Below are positions 41,377-61,300 of a stretch of DNA of 64,000 nucleotides, piece by piece (positions within the stretch are counted from its first letter, which is position 1; each line of letters opens with the position of its first letter). The stretch lies in assembly GCA_051362555.1 (NCBI GenBank), contig CM120640.1:1736001-1800000 (forward strand), given 5' to 3'. The translations under genes were made by a program, and so were the position numbers. Under the pieces are notes generated by a model that was given only the letters and a program-made list of their open reading frames with translations, was not told the origin of the DNA and searched no databases. The stretch comes from Lingula anatina (taxonomy: Eukaryota > Animalia > Brachiopoda).

Positions 41377-42420
41377 ATCGCGGGATAATGATAAAACCTT
41401 GTGAATACGATGACTGCAAACGCAAATAAGATAATAGTAAGCAGTTAAGATATTGTTCTTTTATCCATTCACATTGGTTGTTTCATTCTTTTGACTATTT
41501 GCCAAACAGTTTTATAGAAATAATAATAATAATGTATATTCATTGATCATATCAACTTGCACTGCAATTAATTGAAATAAAGCGTAATTATATCATTTCT
41601 GGTTCTCGATGATGCAGTTTTCATTAGATTAACCGACTTGTAATATATATTCCGTCGAAAAAAAGAGAGAGAAGGAGAAAAAGAGAGAGAGAGTAATCTT
41701 ATTATTTGTTTGCTCTGCACGCTTTCAGTTTTGCAAATCTTAAGTTAAAAAAAAAGAAAAAAATCTGTAAACGGAACACCAATCTATGCTGTTTTTTAAA
41801 TCGTGCAATAAAACCTATTGGACAATTTTTTTTTTTTTTTTTTTTTTGCAGTAGAACAGTACATTTCAAATACAATATTTGTGAACTATAGCTAAAATAG
41901 CTATCTGTTCAACAAACCGACTTTTGGAAATTAGTATTTCAAAGGTTTGTACTTCCATGCTTCATTGTCACATTTATATGGCTGTGGCATTTAAATGGGA
42001 ATATTAGTCACGTGCCACTTTATCTTAATAAGTTATTATAACTTTAGGGATCAGGTAAATTACAAATATTTCAACCCATAAGTTAACCAAAGACCGTAAA
42101 TCATATTATCACCAGGACGGAGAAAATGTGTTCATGATATGTTCATTGATCGACCAACTAATGGCAGAATTCGTTTTTATTGGAATTATTGTAAGTTATC
42201 TTATTACAATAATTGACATAGATTGATATCTTATTATCACAAAAACATAATGACATAATGACTCTGAATTAAACAGAAAAAAAGAAAGGAAGAAAAATAA
42301 ATAAAAAATCCATACATTTCGTGTTTATCCAAAGGTTTTTTTTTAATTGCGGTAGAGCAGCAAGTAAACTGCGGCGCAACAATGCAAACTGAAAATAAGA
42401 TTTCCACTAAGGCGTTCTCT

Positions 42421-42451
<31 letters not shown>
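42421..42451. repeat. Poly-G homopolymer (31 nt)
   Basis: Uninterrupted G run. Confidence 0.9.
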
Positions 42452-42454
<3 letters not shown>

Positions 42455-43379
42455 TAAATCAGTCAATATTAAAATACACCTAGTGCCTTTATGAATATCC
42501 CTTTTAAGAAAAATAAAATCAAGAATTATTCCAGAAACTTAATCTTTTATCTTAATCTATTACATATGGGCTTTTTATGTTATATAATTAGTTTATTTTA
42601 TCTATTATTATATAAAAAGAGGAACTCTGGACGACGATTGCTAGGAGGGCGAAAATTGGTGATGCTGATGAGGAACTGATCTGAGAAATAAATACGAAAT
42701 ACATACTATAACTTGTATTTTTTTAATATAGTGGCACATGGGGAACGCTGATACGTTTACTAGACTTCGAGAAAAATATATTAGGCATCTTATTGCATGG
42801 ACAGATTCAGTATGTCAAAGTGAAATAAACGGTAAACTGGCAAATAGTTCAATTTTCACCTAGTACAGTTCAAAATATAACAATCTCACTGTTTAATTGT
42901 GGTAGAAATAAAATATTTGAGAGGAAGAGTATGATTTTTTCATTTTACGACAAACGTACGTTACAAACGTCTCGCGGCGAATATTTTGTTTGAGGGTTAT
43001 TTTTTAAGGACTGTGCGGAAAATCGGGCCAGTAGGCCTACTTCAGCTCCGTTCAACCGGCAGTTTAGAAAAAAAAAGTAAACATAGAAATAGCCCACTCG
43101 CACTTCAAAAGAATAATGACACTCATCTCAGTGAAAGCTCTTCGCTTTTGACCTTCCCTCGTGCCCCAACATTCCATTATTGTTTATACATTTTTAACCT
43201 TTGTTTACGGAACTTGATAAAATACATAGTCGATCCTTCTAAAAATAACATTCCTTGCAACAGTATCAATCCCACACTATATGTCGCAGTGTCGACTCGA
43301 GAAAGTCATGTGACTGCACGACTGACATGTTATGCCATTCTGACGAAGTGGAAATTTATGCGACCCCATTTCCAAGCTA

Positions 43380-43522
43380 TTTGAATAAGCCGGCCTCGCC
43401 AGGAAGGTTGACTCATTCGCTGTGTTCAAATACGAGACCCGCCTGCTTCTCACACGCCGGTGGTTAGATTGCATTACTCCAGCAATCCTCGACTCCACTG
43501 AGATTGACACACTTGCTCAAAG
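43380..43522 (+). promoter_or_regulatory. Putative promoter / non-coding first exon of the myophilin-like gene
   Basis: Locally CpG-rich segment ending at a strong donor AAAG|GTAGGT (43522/43523). The ATG-bearing exon starts at an acceptor (TTTTCAG|, 50641), so an upstream untranslated exon is needed. CpG is depleted downstream of about 44.4 kb. Confidence 0.4.
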
Positions 43523-44853
43523 GTAGGTACACCTTGGAAATTACACTGAGGAAACTACAAAGTATAATTCAATATTCTCTTGAAAGCATGGTTCTGAGAA
43601 AATTGAGAAAAATTGGCGTTGTCAATGAACGCGGAAGGAATGCGAGCGGTTACTGGTGGTATCGTTGGCAGGTAGCACGGTGATCAACAGGTTGTAATTT
43701 ACGGGTGGTAGATAAGTCAACGCCGCACAGCGCCCGGTACCGCTTTATTACTCTAGCGACACGCAAGCATTGCTAACACCACCGGCCGTCAAAAGCAGGT
43801 TAGGGATAAGTGGCATTATTCTTCAAATCGGATCAATATTTAGAGAGGTACAGGCGTATCGATAGCATGGTTCTCTGTAGACTGTGCTGCGTAATTAGGG
43901 CTAAACCTAACAGCAAATTATAAATCACTGCTTTTCCTGACAAAACAGACGCGCTCGTGTTAAGAACGGGGTTAGTCGTGCGTATCCAGGGCGTACAATT
44001 GAAGCGTAATAACTAAACATCTCAGTGTTTGAAATCCCATAATATCAATATTGAGATTGGACTTAACTAGTGAATGAAGATACTCAAATCTTCGAGGGTA
44101 AAATGTAGACTGGTACTGATATTGTTATACATAGCGAGCACGCGTACTTTTAGATGAGACATCAAAAGTACATTAATCACTGAACAGTCGTGTCGCACTC
44201 TTGGCAAATAGACAATAAAAAAGTTGCTGTTAACAAAACTTGCGCACTGCACACGGGGGATTAGAGAGTCAAATTCCAGTGCAGTGACGATCAGTCCCCA
44301 TTGAAAAAAATCTGGAACAATATTTTATTGTTTACGGCATACCAGAGGATATGGTGAGCACAGAGGGCGTGGCCGTAATATGACGTCAGACAGTATACTG
44401 TATATGGGCATGCTAAAAAAGAACTACCTTTTTAGTCGAGGAGGTGTGCCTTGTGTCCTTCAGCGGAAGAAAACTTCTTTCTGTAGTGGGTTATAAACCA
44501 CGAAAGGTTAACTGTCAAATCTAAGTGCTTTCTTAGTGACAAAATTGGATCCACTCCCACATAGTGTATTGACATAAAGTGATAAGAGACATGTATGGAC
44601 TTTAGGAATTTTATATCTTGCCCAGTTAAAAAGGTGATAGAATTTTTGTCTCTCAATAGGTTTTAAATATTTTAGTCCTTGGCTGTATTCACAACAGAGT
44701 TAAGTTACAGTGGGAACTCTTGGACATCAACACAGCTACCTGCACCAGCTAAAAACACATGAGGACTGGTCTATCTTCCATTGCCAATTTTTAGTAGTAT
44801 TCCTTATAGCAGATATTAAACAGTTTTTAGCCAATCTTATCACATGGATTTAA

Positions 44854-45030
44854 CAGGCATGTAGGTGTGTGTTTGGAGGGGGGGTGTAGTGTTATTAAGT
44901 GCATGAGCAGCCCTTTTGGTCTTGAAAAGGTCCACTCTGGGTTAAAATTTTATTGAGGCTCTATGCCACTATGGTAAAAAGATCCACTTTTTAAGGAACA
45001 CCACTTTTGAAATTGCTGGATGCACCCTTG
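44854..45030. mobile_element. Decayed CAG...CTG-type MITE, family B
   Basis: Shares CC(C/T)TTTTGGTC..AAAAGG, CTGGGTT, TATGGTAAAAA and TTTGAAATTGCT with 45685-46050. Confidence 0.55.
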
Positions 45031-45684
45031 TTTTACTCTATACCAGATTTAATTGCTTCAATCTGGCCAAAAGTTACAAGGTGGCTTTTGGAAAATTTAC
45101 CCATGATATCTGCCACCCTGGTAGAGGGTAGGCTTGGTTGATAGTCATGTACAGTGACAAAGTACTGGTTAACAGATATTAGATATGGTTATAAATTGTT
45201 ATCACATGGTCTTCAGAGATAGTGCACAATAAATTAAGTTGTCACAACTGGGAATACATCCTTACATACATTTGATGATGTCAGATAAATCATTTCAAGT
45301 CTCCAAGGTTGGTTTGATGCATACAGGACTATAATGAATACACTTTGAGAGCTTTCTGGGGTTCTTTTATATGTTGTGTCCGAATCAAAAGTGAATGTCA
45401 CTAAAGGTTCAACCTGAGGACAAAGATAGATGACCCATTACTGATAAACTTTGGCTGACCAGGGCAGTTCTTGCTCCTGTGCCTTTAATGACCGCCCCTG
45501 ACCACCCTTTGTAAACAATGAGACTACTTAAGTCAGGGGAAATTATTTTCAACTGAATTTTACTTACAAAAAAGTTTGAAAATTTCTGACAATCATATAC
45601 CAGAATAACCTATAAACACAAACTTTGATTTTGTGAACAAAGAAATTTTAAAAGACATTTTGCAAAAATGTAATTGTACCATCA

Positions 45685-46050
45685 TAGGCCCGTAGGCAAA
45701 GGGGAAGGGGGTGGGGAAGTTGGTTCAAAATAACTGCCTTTTTGGTCAGAAAAGGGGTCTGGGTTGAATCAAAATTTGACCAAGGTTCTGTGCCATTCCT
45801 CATGCTGGATCAACTAAGGGGGTGGTTATGGTAAAAAGTTTTTCAGAAAAGGGACCCTCCTCAGGGGCGGATCCAGAAATATTTCCTGACAGTCTTCCAT
45901 ATTATATTTGGTTATCCATTTTCCATATTTGACCGTCTTCCGACAGAAAAAATTAGATACCCTTCAATGTAAACTTGAAAATCTGACCGTCTTCCGGAAG
46001 ACAGCCTAAATCCGCCCCTGCTCCTTTGAAATTGCTAGTAACCGGGTCTG
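45685..46050. mobile_element. Family B MITE interrupted by a family C MITE
   Basis: Ends AGGCCCGTAG... / ...TAACCGGGTCTG. Homologous to 44854-45030 once 45862-46020 is removed. Confidence 0.55.
45862..46020. mobile_element. MITE family C, copy 1 (CAGGGGCGGAT termini)
   Basis: TIR CAGGGGCGGAT / ATCCGCCCCTG. CTCCT occurs on both flanks. Confidence 0.8.
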
Positions 46051-47030
46051 CATTGTCACTTCAATATTTCGATGAACAATTCCTGGGTCACATTTAAATG
46101 ATAAATAGGTATGTATCAAGATAAGCCAGCTTGGTCTCCATGGTTACTAAGACTGATTTAGTGGCATGTGTCGCTCTCTCGTCTTCATAGAACTATTTCC
46201 TTAGATAGATAATATGAAAGAAATAGATCAAAAAGAAACCTCAGGAAAGGAATGTGAAAAACTATTTAGTGTGAATGAAACTGCTTGATGCTATATACTG
46301 TGCATTTATGTACACCATATATCTTTCTGATATGTTTGTGGTGACTGTAATATGGTTTTGTCACAGCACATCAGAACATTTGTCATTGAATACAAACACC
46401 ATGCAGTGTGATTAAGTTGTAGAGCTCTTGATTGAAAAGGGGCTATGAAATATTTGCATGAACAGAAAATTTTCGAGATGAGCCATATCACCACAATAGA
46501 TAAACATCTATGAAGCTTTATTTAGATTGCATTTCATCAGCAGAAAAGATAGGATGGGAGTTGTGGTCTGAAATAGATGTAAATGTTTAAAATATCATTC
46601 AGTAAACATTTCAGCCACCCATGTTGGCCAATGGTCATATGGTTCTGACCACAGCAGGCACATAGAGTAACAATGAGAGATAGCGTAGTAGATAGTGATG
46701 AAAGGAAGGGGGAGGGAATGGTGATGCAATAGATAATTATTAAAAGGCCATAGTTGTCTGTTCACATAATGCATATGGCTTGCAATCTACTGTATATAAA
46801 TCCACCATTCTTTCTCCAGGTTTCCTTTATAACAACTCAGAAGAATTTTCACTCTCCTCTCCCTCTCGGTCCTACATGAAAGTTTTAATTATACAGGAAT
46901 GGATTTGATAAACTATCTTGTAGATGACATTAGTCCAGAGAATGAAAGTATTACACAATATATAGCATTATGAAAGTCGACACAGGGGTGTGTGTTCAAC
47001 AAGACGACAGTCCAGGATTATTGTAGATAT

Positions 47031-47200
47031 AAGCCTGTAGCCAGGGGTGGTGGTGGTGGTGGTGGTGGTGGTGGGACTTTTTTCTGAAAAAAAGGGTCTT
47101 TTTTCCCTGCAGTTGATCCAACATGAGAAATAACATATAACCTACCAGTAGAAAAAATTTGCAATCTGAGTAGACCTCCCATCCCCTGCCTACAGTCCTG
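47031..47200. mobile_element. Decayed MITE with GTAG(C/G)CAGGGG inverted ends
   Basis: CTGTAGCCAGGGG ... CCCCTGCCTACAG imperfect inverted repeat with an internal (GGT)n run. Confidence 0.45.
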
Positions 47201-49969
47201 TACATAGTTGATGGCCGGTTGTCAATGTATGTTTTATCCGCTCTATATTTCATTTAAAATATATATCACAGTATGACTCAACTGTTGTTGTTTGTTTTTA
47301 TGCATGTAGTGATGTAAGCAAACTTAGACTTAGGCACTGGGAATGGGAATGCGAGACATCTAAGCCACTTAAGTTGATAGCAATTTAGCGAGAATCCCCT
47401 TGGAGATAGATCGATCCAAAGTTTGTACTACAATAGGCTCTGGGAATGGTCTCGTAGAGTGGTCACTCTCTGTGGACTGTGGCTGTCCTGATCTGACTCT
47501 CATCATTATTCTCATTACATTAGCATGACTGTACACCTAGTATTTTATAGTGACATGTTTTATGACTTCAGTAAGCTCAGAATATACAGGTAATTATATA
47601 GGTTGTGGTTGTTTGTTCCAGCTAGTTGTTATCAAGCAGTCAAAAGTCACACAGGGTCACACTTAGCTAGGAGTTGTCTAAAATATAGGATCTAATCCTG
47701 TCAAAAAAGTTCAGCTACCATGTTGACATCTGACAGACAGAAGAAAAGAGGATATGCCTAAACAGAAACTGTCACCAAAGTGAAAAGACATTATTCTTTA
47801 CTGTATGTGGCTAATAACAGTGAATGGACTTTGTTGGCAGATTTTTTTTTCGGTCATGTCCTTGTGTATGGGTCCAGCATACAAGGATAACGTTTTCATG
47901 CATGCAATATACCAAAACAGTGAAAATTTATATCCACAAGGTTACATTCTCTTACTTTTATTTTTGACCAATGTGTTGTCTACAAGTTAGCTTAATTAAA
48001 AAAAGATTACAAATGATGCACATAATTGAAAGAGAAAGTTGTGGCCATGTGTATGCATGAGTCATGAGTAAAAGTGTCATATTTTTTCTAGTTCTTTGTT
48101 GGTGAAGAGCTGTCTTGATGTGCAGACAGAGATAGAGCATGTTTTATTTCTCACATGTGGTCACCATACACTATCTGATCACAGGTTTCCCTTGGATGAT
48201 CTCTTATGTTCCAGAAATTCTTTGTATTTTCAGCACCAACTTCCTACCAGTCAAGTTTAAAAACACTTAGATCTAGTACATGTATATACACATATAGAGT
48301 CAAAGACAATTTTTCATGTCACACCTAAAAACAAACAAAAAAAAACATGTCTATTATTAAATTATAATGTATTGCTCTGTTTTTATGTAAAGCCAGTGTA
48401 CACTCAGTACAGCAGGTAATTATTGCTAATATTCACAGCTGTCTAGACGGTCTCTATCCTTAGGCCTGTAGTGGCAGATTGTTATTTTGTCCTTGTCTGA
48501 GGTCTTGTGTGATAATAGTAAAAAAACAGGTCATATAACACATGGGTACCAGACAATCTGAATACATTCCACTCCTCAAACAACACAGACTTGGAATCTC
48601 CTAGGGTGAAAAAATGTGTCTGTGTGTGTGTGTGTGTGTGTGTGGGGGGGGGGGGGGAGCAATAGTATGAAGTAAATGTGTATATATTTTGGGACGATTA
48701 AGAGAAAAAATATTGCTTGACATTACCTTTCAGTAATGAATAGGGTGACCTTCAAAGTAAGCTAAAGTTGTAAATTACATTAAACAAAATGAAACTGCAG
48801 TGAATTTGTATCTCAACCATTAAATACCAAGTGCTTCTCAAATATCAGGGACTCTTTGAATTGTACCGAAAAAAAGAATCAAACATTTCTCATTGTGTGT
48901 AAGCAATACATATGTAAATAATTCAAAAAAGTGCACAACTCTACACTCGCTCTAAGTGATACATAATATTCAGGCGTTCACTGGTTTGTAAATCACTAGA
49001 TGTCCTCGAGGTCCTTGCGTGTGTCACTAGGAGTGCCGTATGCTATCTTCAGGCATTTCCAGTTCACGTTGCGGCTTACCAACCTCGCTTATGTGGACAA
49101 CTGTTTGTTAGACATCTTTATGATCAGATAGCATGTCTTGGGGTGAGGCCTCAGGACTGCAGATAATGAGAAAACTATATAAATGAGGGTGTGCAAATAA
49201 AGTCACTGTGTTCGTTCTTTTTTTCAGCACTTATATGAAGAAAACAATGCCAAACTGAATATTTATAATATTTGTAACCCCCAAAGTGAATTTAGGATAT
49301 CAAGGGACCTCCCTTTTCCTTGCTGAATTCTCCACTTTTTTACAGAAATGTCCATAATTTTTGTGTCAGTTTAAAAAAAGAATTTAAATATAATATGTTT
49401 GTACAGTTGTACAGTTTTAAGTCGTACATCCATTATTAATGTCTTGTACCTTACCAAATGTCACTCATCAAAGAAAATGCCTGTAAAAAAGGAATATATG
49501 TCATGTAAAGGTTTCTTTTGGCTAGATGTACATGGTATGTGGTCTGCAGCATTCCTATATGATCTAATGGATCAGAAAGATCACGCTTTGACAAAAAAGT
49601 TCTCTTTACGGATCAAAATATTTTCAGCCTGATGGACACTAGGCATTGTGATCTGGTGAAATGATGTGAACAGACATTGGGATGTATATATCGCCATTGT
49701 TCAGGATTATTTCCCTGTCACAGTTGAGATGCAGTCATATCATTATACCCTGTGTACAGTGTGTTTGGCTGGCAGGCATGTGATGTGGTACTTCTGTCTG
49801 TGGGTGGACAGTACTGTGCTGGCTTGGAGACCAGTGTGTGTGTCTGCCAGTGACAAAAGTGATTTATTTCTAGATGGACAAAGACTTATATTGGCTAAAG
49901 ATAATGAATAATGATGTATATAAAACCACCATTGGCAATAACAGCTTGTAGACGCTGTGCTGCCTTAAA

Positions 49970-50006
49970 AGAGAGAGAGAGAGAGGGAGAGAGAGAGAGA
50001 GAGAGA
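49970..50006. repeat. (GA)n microsatellite
   Basis: GA run with one interruption. Confidence 0.9.
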
Positions 50007-50675
50007 CTAGGCCAGTCTACTAGCGTGATACAGACTAGGACCACTGTAGAACACTTGTATCTGTAAATTACCAGAGAAAGGAAATTGTTGATGGCACCAC
50101 ATTTACTTCATGTAAAGAGGTTTTGCACAAAATACGAAAACAATTTAAACTGCACAGAAGTCCCCAATTATGTCAGGACCATGCCTGTAGCAGACATTAC
50201 TGTAAATTTATCTGAGCTCAAATAGCTACTGTATATATTATATTGAACCCAGGTCTTAATGTGAAGTACACTGGTCATAAAATGAGCATACAACACCATG
50301 ACATGACTAATGATGGAAGACTGTGGACATCAGGGACATACTCCCACACTAATAGCTTACTATCGCTAGAAACAGAAGTCCTCATTCAAGCTGGTGACAT
50401 GTTTCATGATGTAATCAAAGTTTAATGTGAATATTCTTTGATGTGGAATGTGCCCTGTAGATTATAATGTATCTCAGCATATTTACCGGTATACTCAGGC
50501 ATAATCATTTCGAATAATGAGTATAACTCATAATCAAGAATATTATGCATAAATATTAAACATGCATGTATCATATGAAACACTGTACTTTATTGTAATA
50601 TTAAACATGGTGTTACCAGTGAAATTTTTTGTATTTTCAGCGTAATCCAGTCCCAATCTTCAGTACAGCACAATC

Positions 50676-55350
<4,675 letters not shown>

Positions 55351-58300
55351 AGTGATCATTTGTATGAAACTTCCATCCTGAACTGTTTGACAAACCTTCT
55401 ATATTCCAGCAGCCATTTCATACTGTCAACGCATCATCATTACAAAAAATGTCTGCTGCAATTATGGCCTTAACTCTTTTGGCTATGCATCACTGAAGCT
55501 CTGAATTTATGTGTATTATTTTTAAAGATCTGTTGTCTTGAGCATTTATTAAGTGTCTTTCCCAGTTAAACGAACAAAAACAAAAAGATTGCTATCAATG
55601 CTATAAAATACATGCATTCCTTTCTTTGTGTGGCCATTCCAAACTTTGTGGTGTTTCTTTTGAGATGGTGGAAACTACTTTCATTCCAAAATGCATTCTT
55701 TTCTGCTGGAAATGATTCCATTATTCTGACCTGTGTCCCTTCTCTTCACTGCAACATTTCGTAAGAACCAAAATGGTGGAACTGTGTCCTTTAATTAGTG
55801 ATTCACATGTAATAAAGGGAAAAATGAAAGAAAAACAAGACATAAAATTAGGATTTTGGAAGATTGCAAATAACAACACATGCTTGAAATTATGAAAGTT
55901 TCCAGATATCTTTTTTTTTCTTTTTCATTATCTTGTTAATAGAGCAATCAAATAAAACAAAGCAATGGTCTTGTGTGCTTTCTAGAGAACTATCATCTTT
56001 GACTTTCTCTACAGACATTCTGTCATACAGATATTACATCATAAACGATAAATGCTACTTCAGTTAATCCTTTGGATTTCTTAGCAAACCAATGTTTTCT
56101 CTACATATTACAGCATACTATATCTATGCCATAATATGGTGCTTTGTAGCAAAGCATGACAGAAATCTGCAAATGTGGATATATTTTTTCATTCCTAGAT
56201 GTAGACAAATCTAGTTACGTAAACAAGACACAGACTGCAGACTGTTAAGGTAAATTGTATTAGTTATAACTGGTGATAACTGAATGCGGTTAAACAAGAA
56301 AAGCGAAGTGCACTTTTTCTTTATAAGTATAACAACATTGTCATGCCAATATGGTATCTGCTGACCATCTGTCGCAATAAATGCATGTTATCATGAAATA
56401 AAACTTTTAAAACAATCAATCTGTTTTTGGTCACTTGTTCATATAGTAAAGAGCAGCTACATTTGTTGTATATGAGGAGTTTATTCTTGAGGGGGGTTCT
56501 AGTATATATTGTCAGGTTTTCAGTAAAAGGCCTGTTGAAAACTCGCTGTGTTCTTATGAGTTTTGAATGTTAGAATGTGGTCAAGGTGAATTACTTCCAT
56601 TGTGGAATAGACTGCTTTTCAAAAGAACTTAAAAGAAATTGATTAGAAAACATCTGTGGATAAATTTGGCCAGCTTTACTTCATTGTTGCACTAGTACTG
56701 CACTATTTTGCTGTTTCTTCTTATTGCACTTACCTCCATATCCCGTGAAATCTCACTTCATTTTATGCCAAGTTGTGAGATTGTGGGATGATTTCCACAA
56801 GGCCAATGGCTTCTTCCTGTGATGGTTGATCTTTTTGTGTATAGTACAATCGGGGTTGAAATATTTTCACTGCATTACTTGAAGGTCTGACCATAGTAAT
56901 GAAATAATCTGATTCAACAGTGAAAGCCTGGTCACCAACAGTAAGAAAATTATTATTATCTATGAATGTTTCACTTGTATAAATCACCATGGAAGCAATG
57001 ACTTACAAAGCTCAGTAGCTTGCACCTACACATATTAAACCTAAAACTGCCAGCTAGAGGAAAAAACTGGCACACAAAAAGTCATGCTCTTTTTGCCCAC
57101 AGTTGTAAGAGTTTGGAAAACTTCTTTTACACATACGAAGAGGAAGAAGCCACTGCCAGAAAGTTTTTGTCAATAAAAGATTAATTTCACCTCATACCAA
57201 GAGGATTTTTTCTCTCCTACATGTATATTCGTTGAATATGATGCTTGACTCAACCAGACAATGTATGAAACCGAGCATAGACTTGATGCCCTATGTAAAG
57301 AAGTTTATATTCATTAACAAAACCACTGTAGGGAAACCTTTGTACTCTACCCATCATTAAGTCCTAATATTGTGGTGTCTGCCTAGTTTTATTGCAATTT
57401 TATTAGTAACCACATGACTCGCTATTACTTCCTAAACAGTTGGGTTTTTTTTATGAGTGTGCATAAATATTTTGTCCAGGTATATCTTGATACTTTATTT
57501 GCCGAAGAAACTGCAGGGTCAGTCCTTATCACCAAAATTGCCACAGAAACTTACAATGAAGTGTTTATTGAAAAATAATGCCTTTTTTATTGAAAAACCA
57601 TGTCATTTCTCCAGCAACATTTATAATTAAATGAACGCCTCACTTTTCTCTCGTGACAAGGTCAACTTGCATATAGAACACTACAGGGTTTCCTTAAAGT
57701 CAGCTCACAGGAAATATCACTATTTATGGCTATATACTAATATACTACATATACTATATTCTTTCCCTACAGATAAAATGTGCAGTTAACTTTTCATCAC
57801 AGATAGTGGTGTAATATTGAAAATTGTTCAAAATGTTTTAAAGTGTCCAGACATAGGGGACACCCTGTAATGGGTGGAGGTCAGGGGGAGGCTTTCCAAG
57901 TTGGTACTGTTTTGTGGGGCCCGTTTTGTGACCCTAGTGCTGATTCTAAGATTTCCAATCTCATTAAAGTGTTTCATTAACAAGTCAGAAAATGCCCTTT
58001 TAAATGAAAATACTCTCATACATTGAACTTCTAAAGAATTCAGACTGGTTTAATTGTGGCACAGGACAGCAGATTTCCACATGTTAATGTGCCCTTCTGA
58101 TGATACACCTAAGTCAAAATTCCAGTCTAAATTAAATCTGTGTGAACTCTACTGCTGTGATGAGCATCAGTTATTCATTGCATGATTACTAGCTGTGAGC
58201 AGTAAGAATATATTGCAGTTCCAGAACAGCCGGGTGCATTTGATACAATAGTACACAAAACCACACTTTCTTTTTTAGGGAAAAAAGTATGTTCTGCTTG

Positions 58301-61300
58301 AGTTGACGAAATCTATTTCTTTTTGAGGTAGTTCGTGTATGTCACTTGGCTCAAATTCAGCTTAAGATGCTTTCCATCCAAATTATTAACCTCCATCCTG
58401 ATGACTTGTGAGGAAATTGTGGCTTTTATAATTGGCTAAAAGCAATGTTAAGCAGAGTGGATATTGAAAGTGACTTGAGTGCCTTCATATGGTGTCCTCT
58501 GTGACCGCAGAATGTCACGTCCATTCATACTGTTGAAATGTAAAACACAATGAGTTCAGAAAGCATGCCAATAGTGTCTATAAGCTCACTATGGCTCTGC
58601 TGCTGATAAATTGAACTTCATCAAAAGAGTTAAAGCATTTGGTCATGGAAGGAAAAGCCTGACGTAATGTAACTGCTTGCAATTAAATTTACTTTCCAGG
58701 TCTTGACTCTGGTCATTAACTTTTACGCAACAAAAAATGTACACCTCAAAAGAACCACCAAGTGTTCAGGCCATGCAATTTGGTGTTATACAAGAAATTT
58801 ATGTGTCGTGATAAATTGTCTATTTATCTTTCCTCACAAAGGAAGGTAAAGAAAGGGATGTCTTCAAAACTGAATTGACAACTTCAACATCTAAACTTGA
58901 TAACAGACCAAATAGTGAATGAAAAATCTTGCTCTAACTAAACTGAAAGTACAGAAATAGTCCCAGGTCAACCAAGCAGACAAGCAAAACTCATATTACC
59001 ATTTTGATATATATTAAACAAACTTATTTTTGGCACTTCATCATGCATGCCATTTTGTTGTCAATTGTTAAAAGGCTGTTTATATAAAAAGCTATTGTTT
59101 GAACTCCATCAAGCAAACATAGGTTGTCATATTAATGATGATATTCTGATGACACTAAGGTCCCCCCCAATATCCTTATAGTATTTTAATGGGATCTGAA
59201 GTAAACAAAATCTGAAATTTACCATCAATCTGGAATGTGGAACATCTGTCAAAGAAAATGCTACATATGACACAATATAGAGCAATATTTCAAAAATTGA
59301 TTGTAATTGAATAATTTACCTGTACTCACAGCTAGTATGCTACTGTCTCTTTTCAGCTGTATAAAATACATAAATTTTCCTAAAAACAATAAGTTTGGAA
59401 CTTTATTTTCCCATCTTTTCATTTCTTACTTTTCAATCAGTATATATAGTGATAACACCGCAATGCATTTTATTTTATATTCATGTTGGGAGGGAAAAGT
59501 CTGTTGTATTTGTTCAAGATTACACCTCCTGGTTGTCTTGCAATTAAGGTACAGAGCCCTGCACTGGAAGCAATGGTATAATATATTGATATAGAAAATT
59601 ATTTTCACTAAAAGATACCAATAAACTTTTGTCTTCCATATAAGTAATCAAACAAATCTGTTTAGTGTTACAAAGAGCATCAACCAATTGAGATTAAACA
59701 TCCCTGTTTTGATACTGTGGCCATAGTTATAGTTCTTCACTGTAACTAGGAGTTTATGGAGCAACTCTACACAGTGGCATCATGACAGCACTTTTGTGGT
59801 GGATTCCTTTGTGCTTGTCCTTTAATTTGCTGTCTAAAATAAATTGGTGACATTAAGAAAACAAAAAATATCTGGATCTAATAATTTTTTTAAATTATCT
59901 TGTGAATATAACTACAAAAAGAGACAAAAACTATATTAATATATCATTTTTGCTCCCTCAACCTACTAAAAAACATCTTCTTAGAAAAATCTGTGCATTT
60001 TTGTGTACTGTCGATAATACTAATTTTTCTTTTCCCAGCCCCACATCTCCTTCCTCTTTAGATTCCGCTCTTTACATGCAATATTTATAGTTGCTATATG
60101 AAAGAAGAGGAAGAAATTATTTGCTTGGTTCAATAATGGTTGGTGTTGGTGGCGAGAGCGGGAGTCACCCTGTGTTGCTCGAGCAGGAACACCTGGAAAA
60201 CGGAGCGGCGTGATAAAATGGTGAAATACTGAGATGAATACTTGAACATGCAATATTTGCCAAATTCTGGTTATCAATCACTTACATTCCAGCATATTAT
60301 ACCCCTCTGCTGAGGTGACATAACCAACCCACGCACTAGTGATAATTACATACTTAGTTCAGGACCCCTGACTTTATATAGTAAAATCTCCCACGTATAT
60401 CTCTCTTATCTTTAGGTGTAATAGCCCATAGGTGGGAAAAGAGATAAGATATTATAATGATAATAAACTGAGTCTGCTATAAATATATACTGTGCAGATA
60501 GTGTGATATTGCAAGTGAAATATATTTATGCCAAGCAGGTTCTCAAGGGAGATCATTCAACACATACAGACACCAGATGCTTTCCTTTGTCCTTGTACGT
60601 GACTGGTAATTTAACTGGAATTTGAATTTTCTTCCGGAATAAGAGAAAAAAAAATTAGAATTTTTGGCTGACTATTCATGTGCGTCAAGAAGGGTGTAAT
60701 GTCAAAGGAAAGTAGGTTTACAATCACAAGCATGTCTGCTAAACAGATGGTGTGTGGATCTGTAAAAACAAATAAAAAATCTTTGTGGAGTCATTCTATT
60801 GATTTCCTGGTGTACTAGCTTGCATCAGAGAAAACATGTCTCATGGAAGAAATCCAAGCCACAGTCTTACACACAGCAGCACAGTCACTAGCCTTGGTTT
60901 GAAATGTCTACAATCTAATTACACTGGTAGTAAAACAATACAGTGCAATTCCTGCTCAATATAGTGCATGTTGTTTTCTTTAGACAATTAGAGAAAGGGT
61001 GTGTGTGTGTGTTTGTGTGTGTGTGGGGGGGGAGGGGGGGGCATGAAGAATGGCCAAGCTTACATGCTCCACCAAATGGAGGAATAAATAATAAACAGAG
61101 AATAGGCAATAGATTGAAATGTTTCCTACCATTTGGCATCCTTAATAATTGTTTATTTTCGACTGTAACTATAACATTGTGTGCTTTATTTTGTCAACAA
61201 AATATAAATTGTGCAGTAAGCTTTAAACTAGTGGAACAGTTACAGTTCATATAAGATGTTTATCACTCATGCCAGACAGTTTGAAATAAAAACAAGAAAA

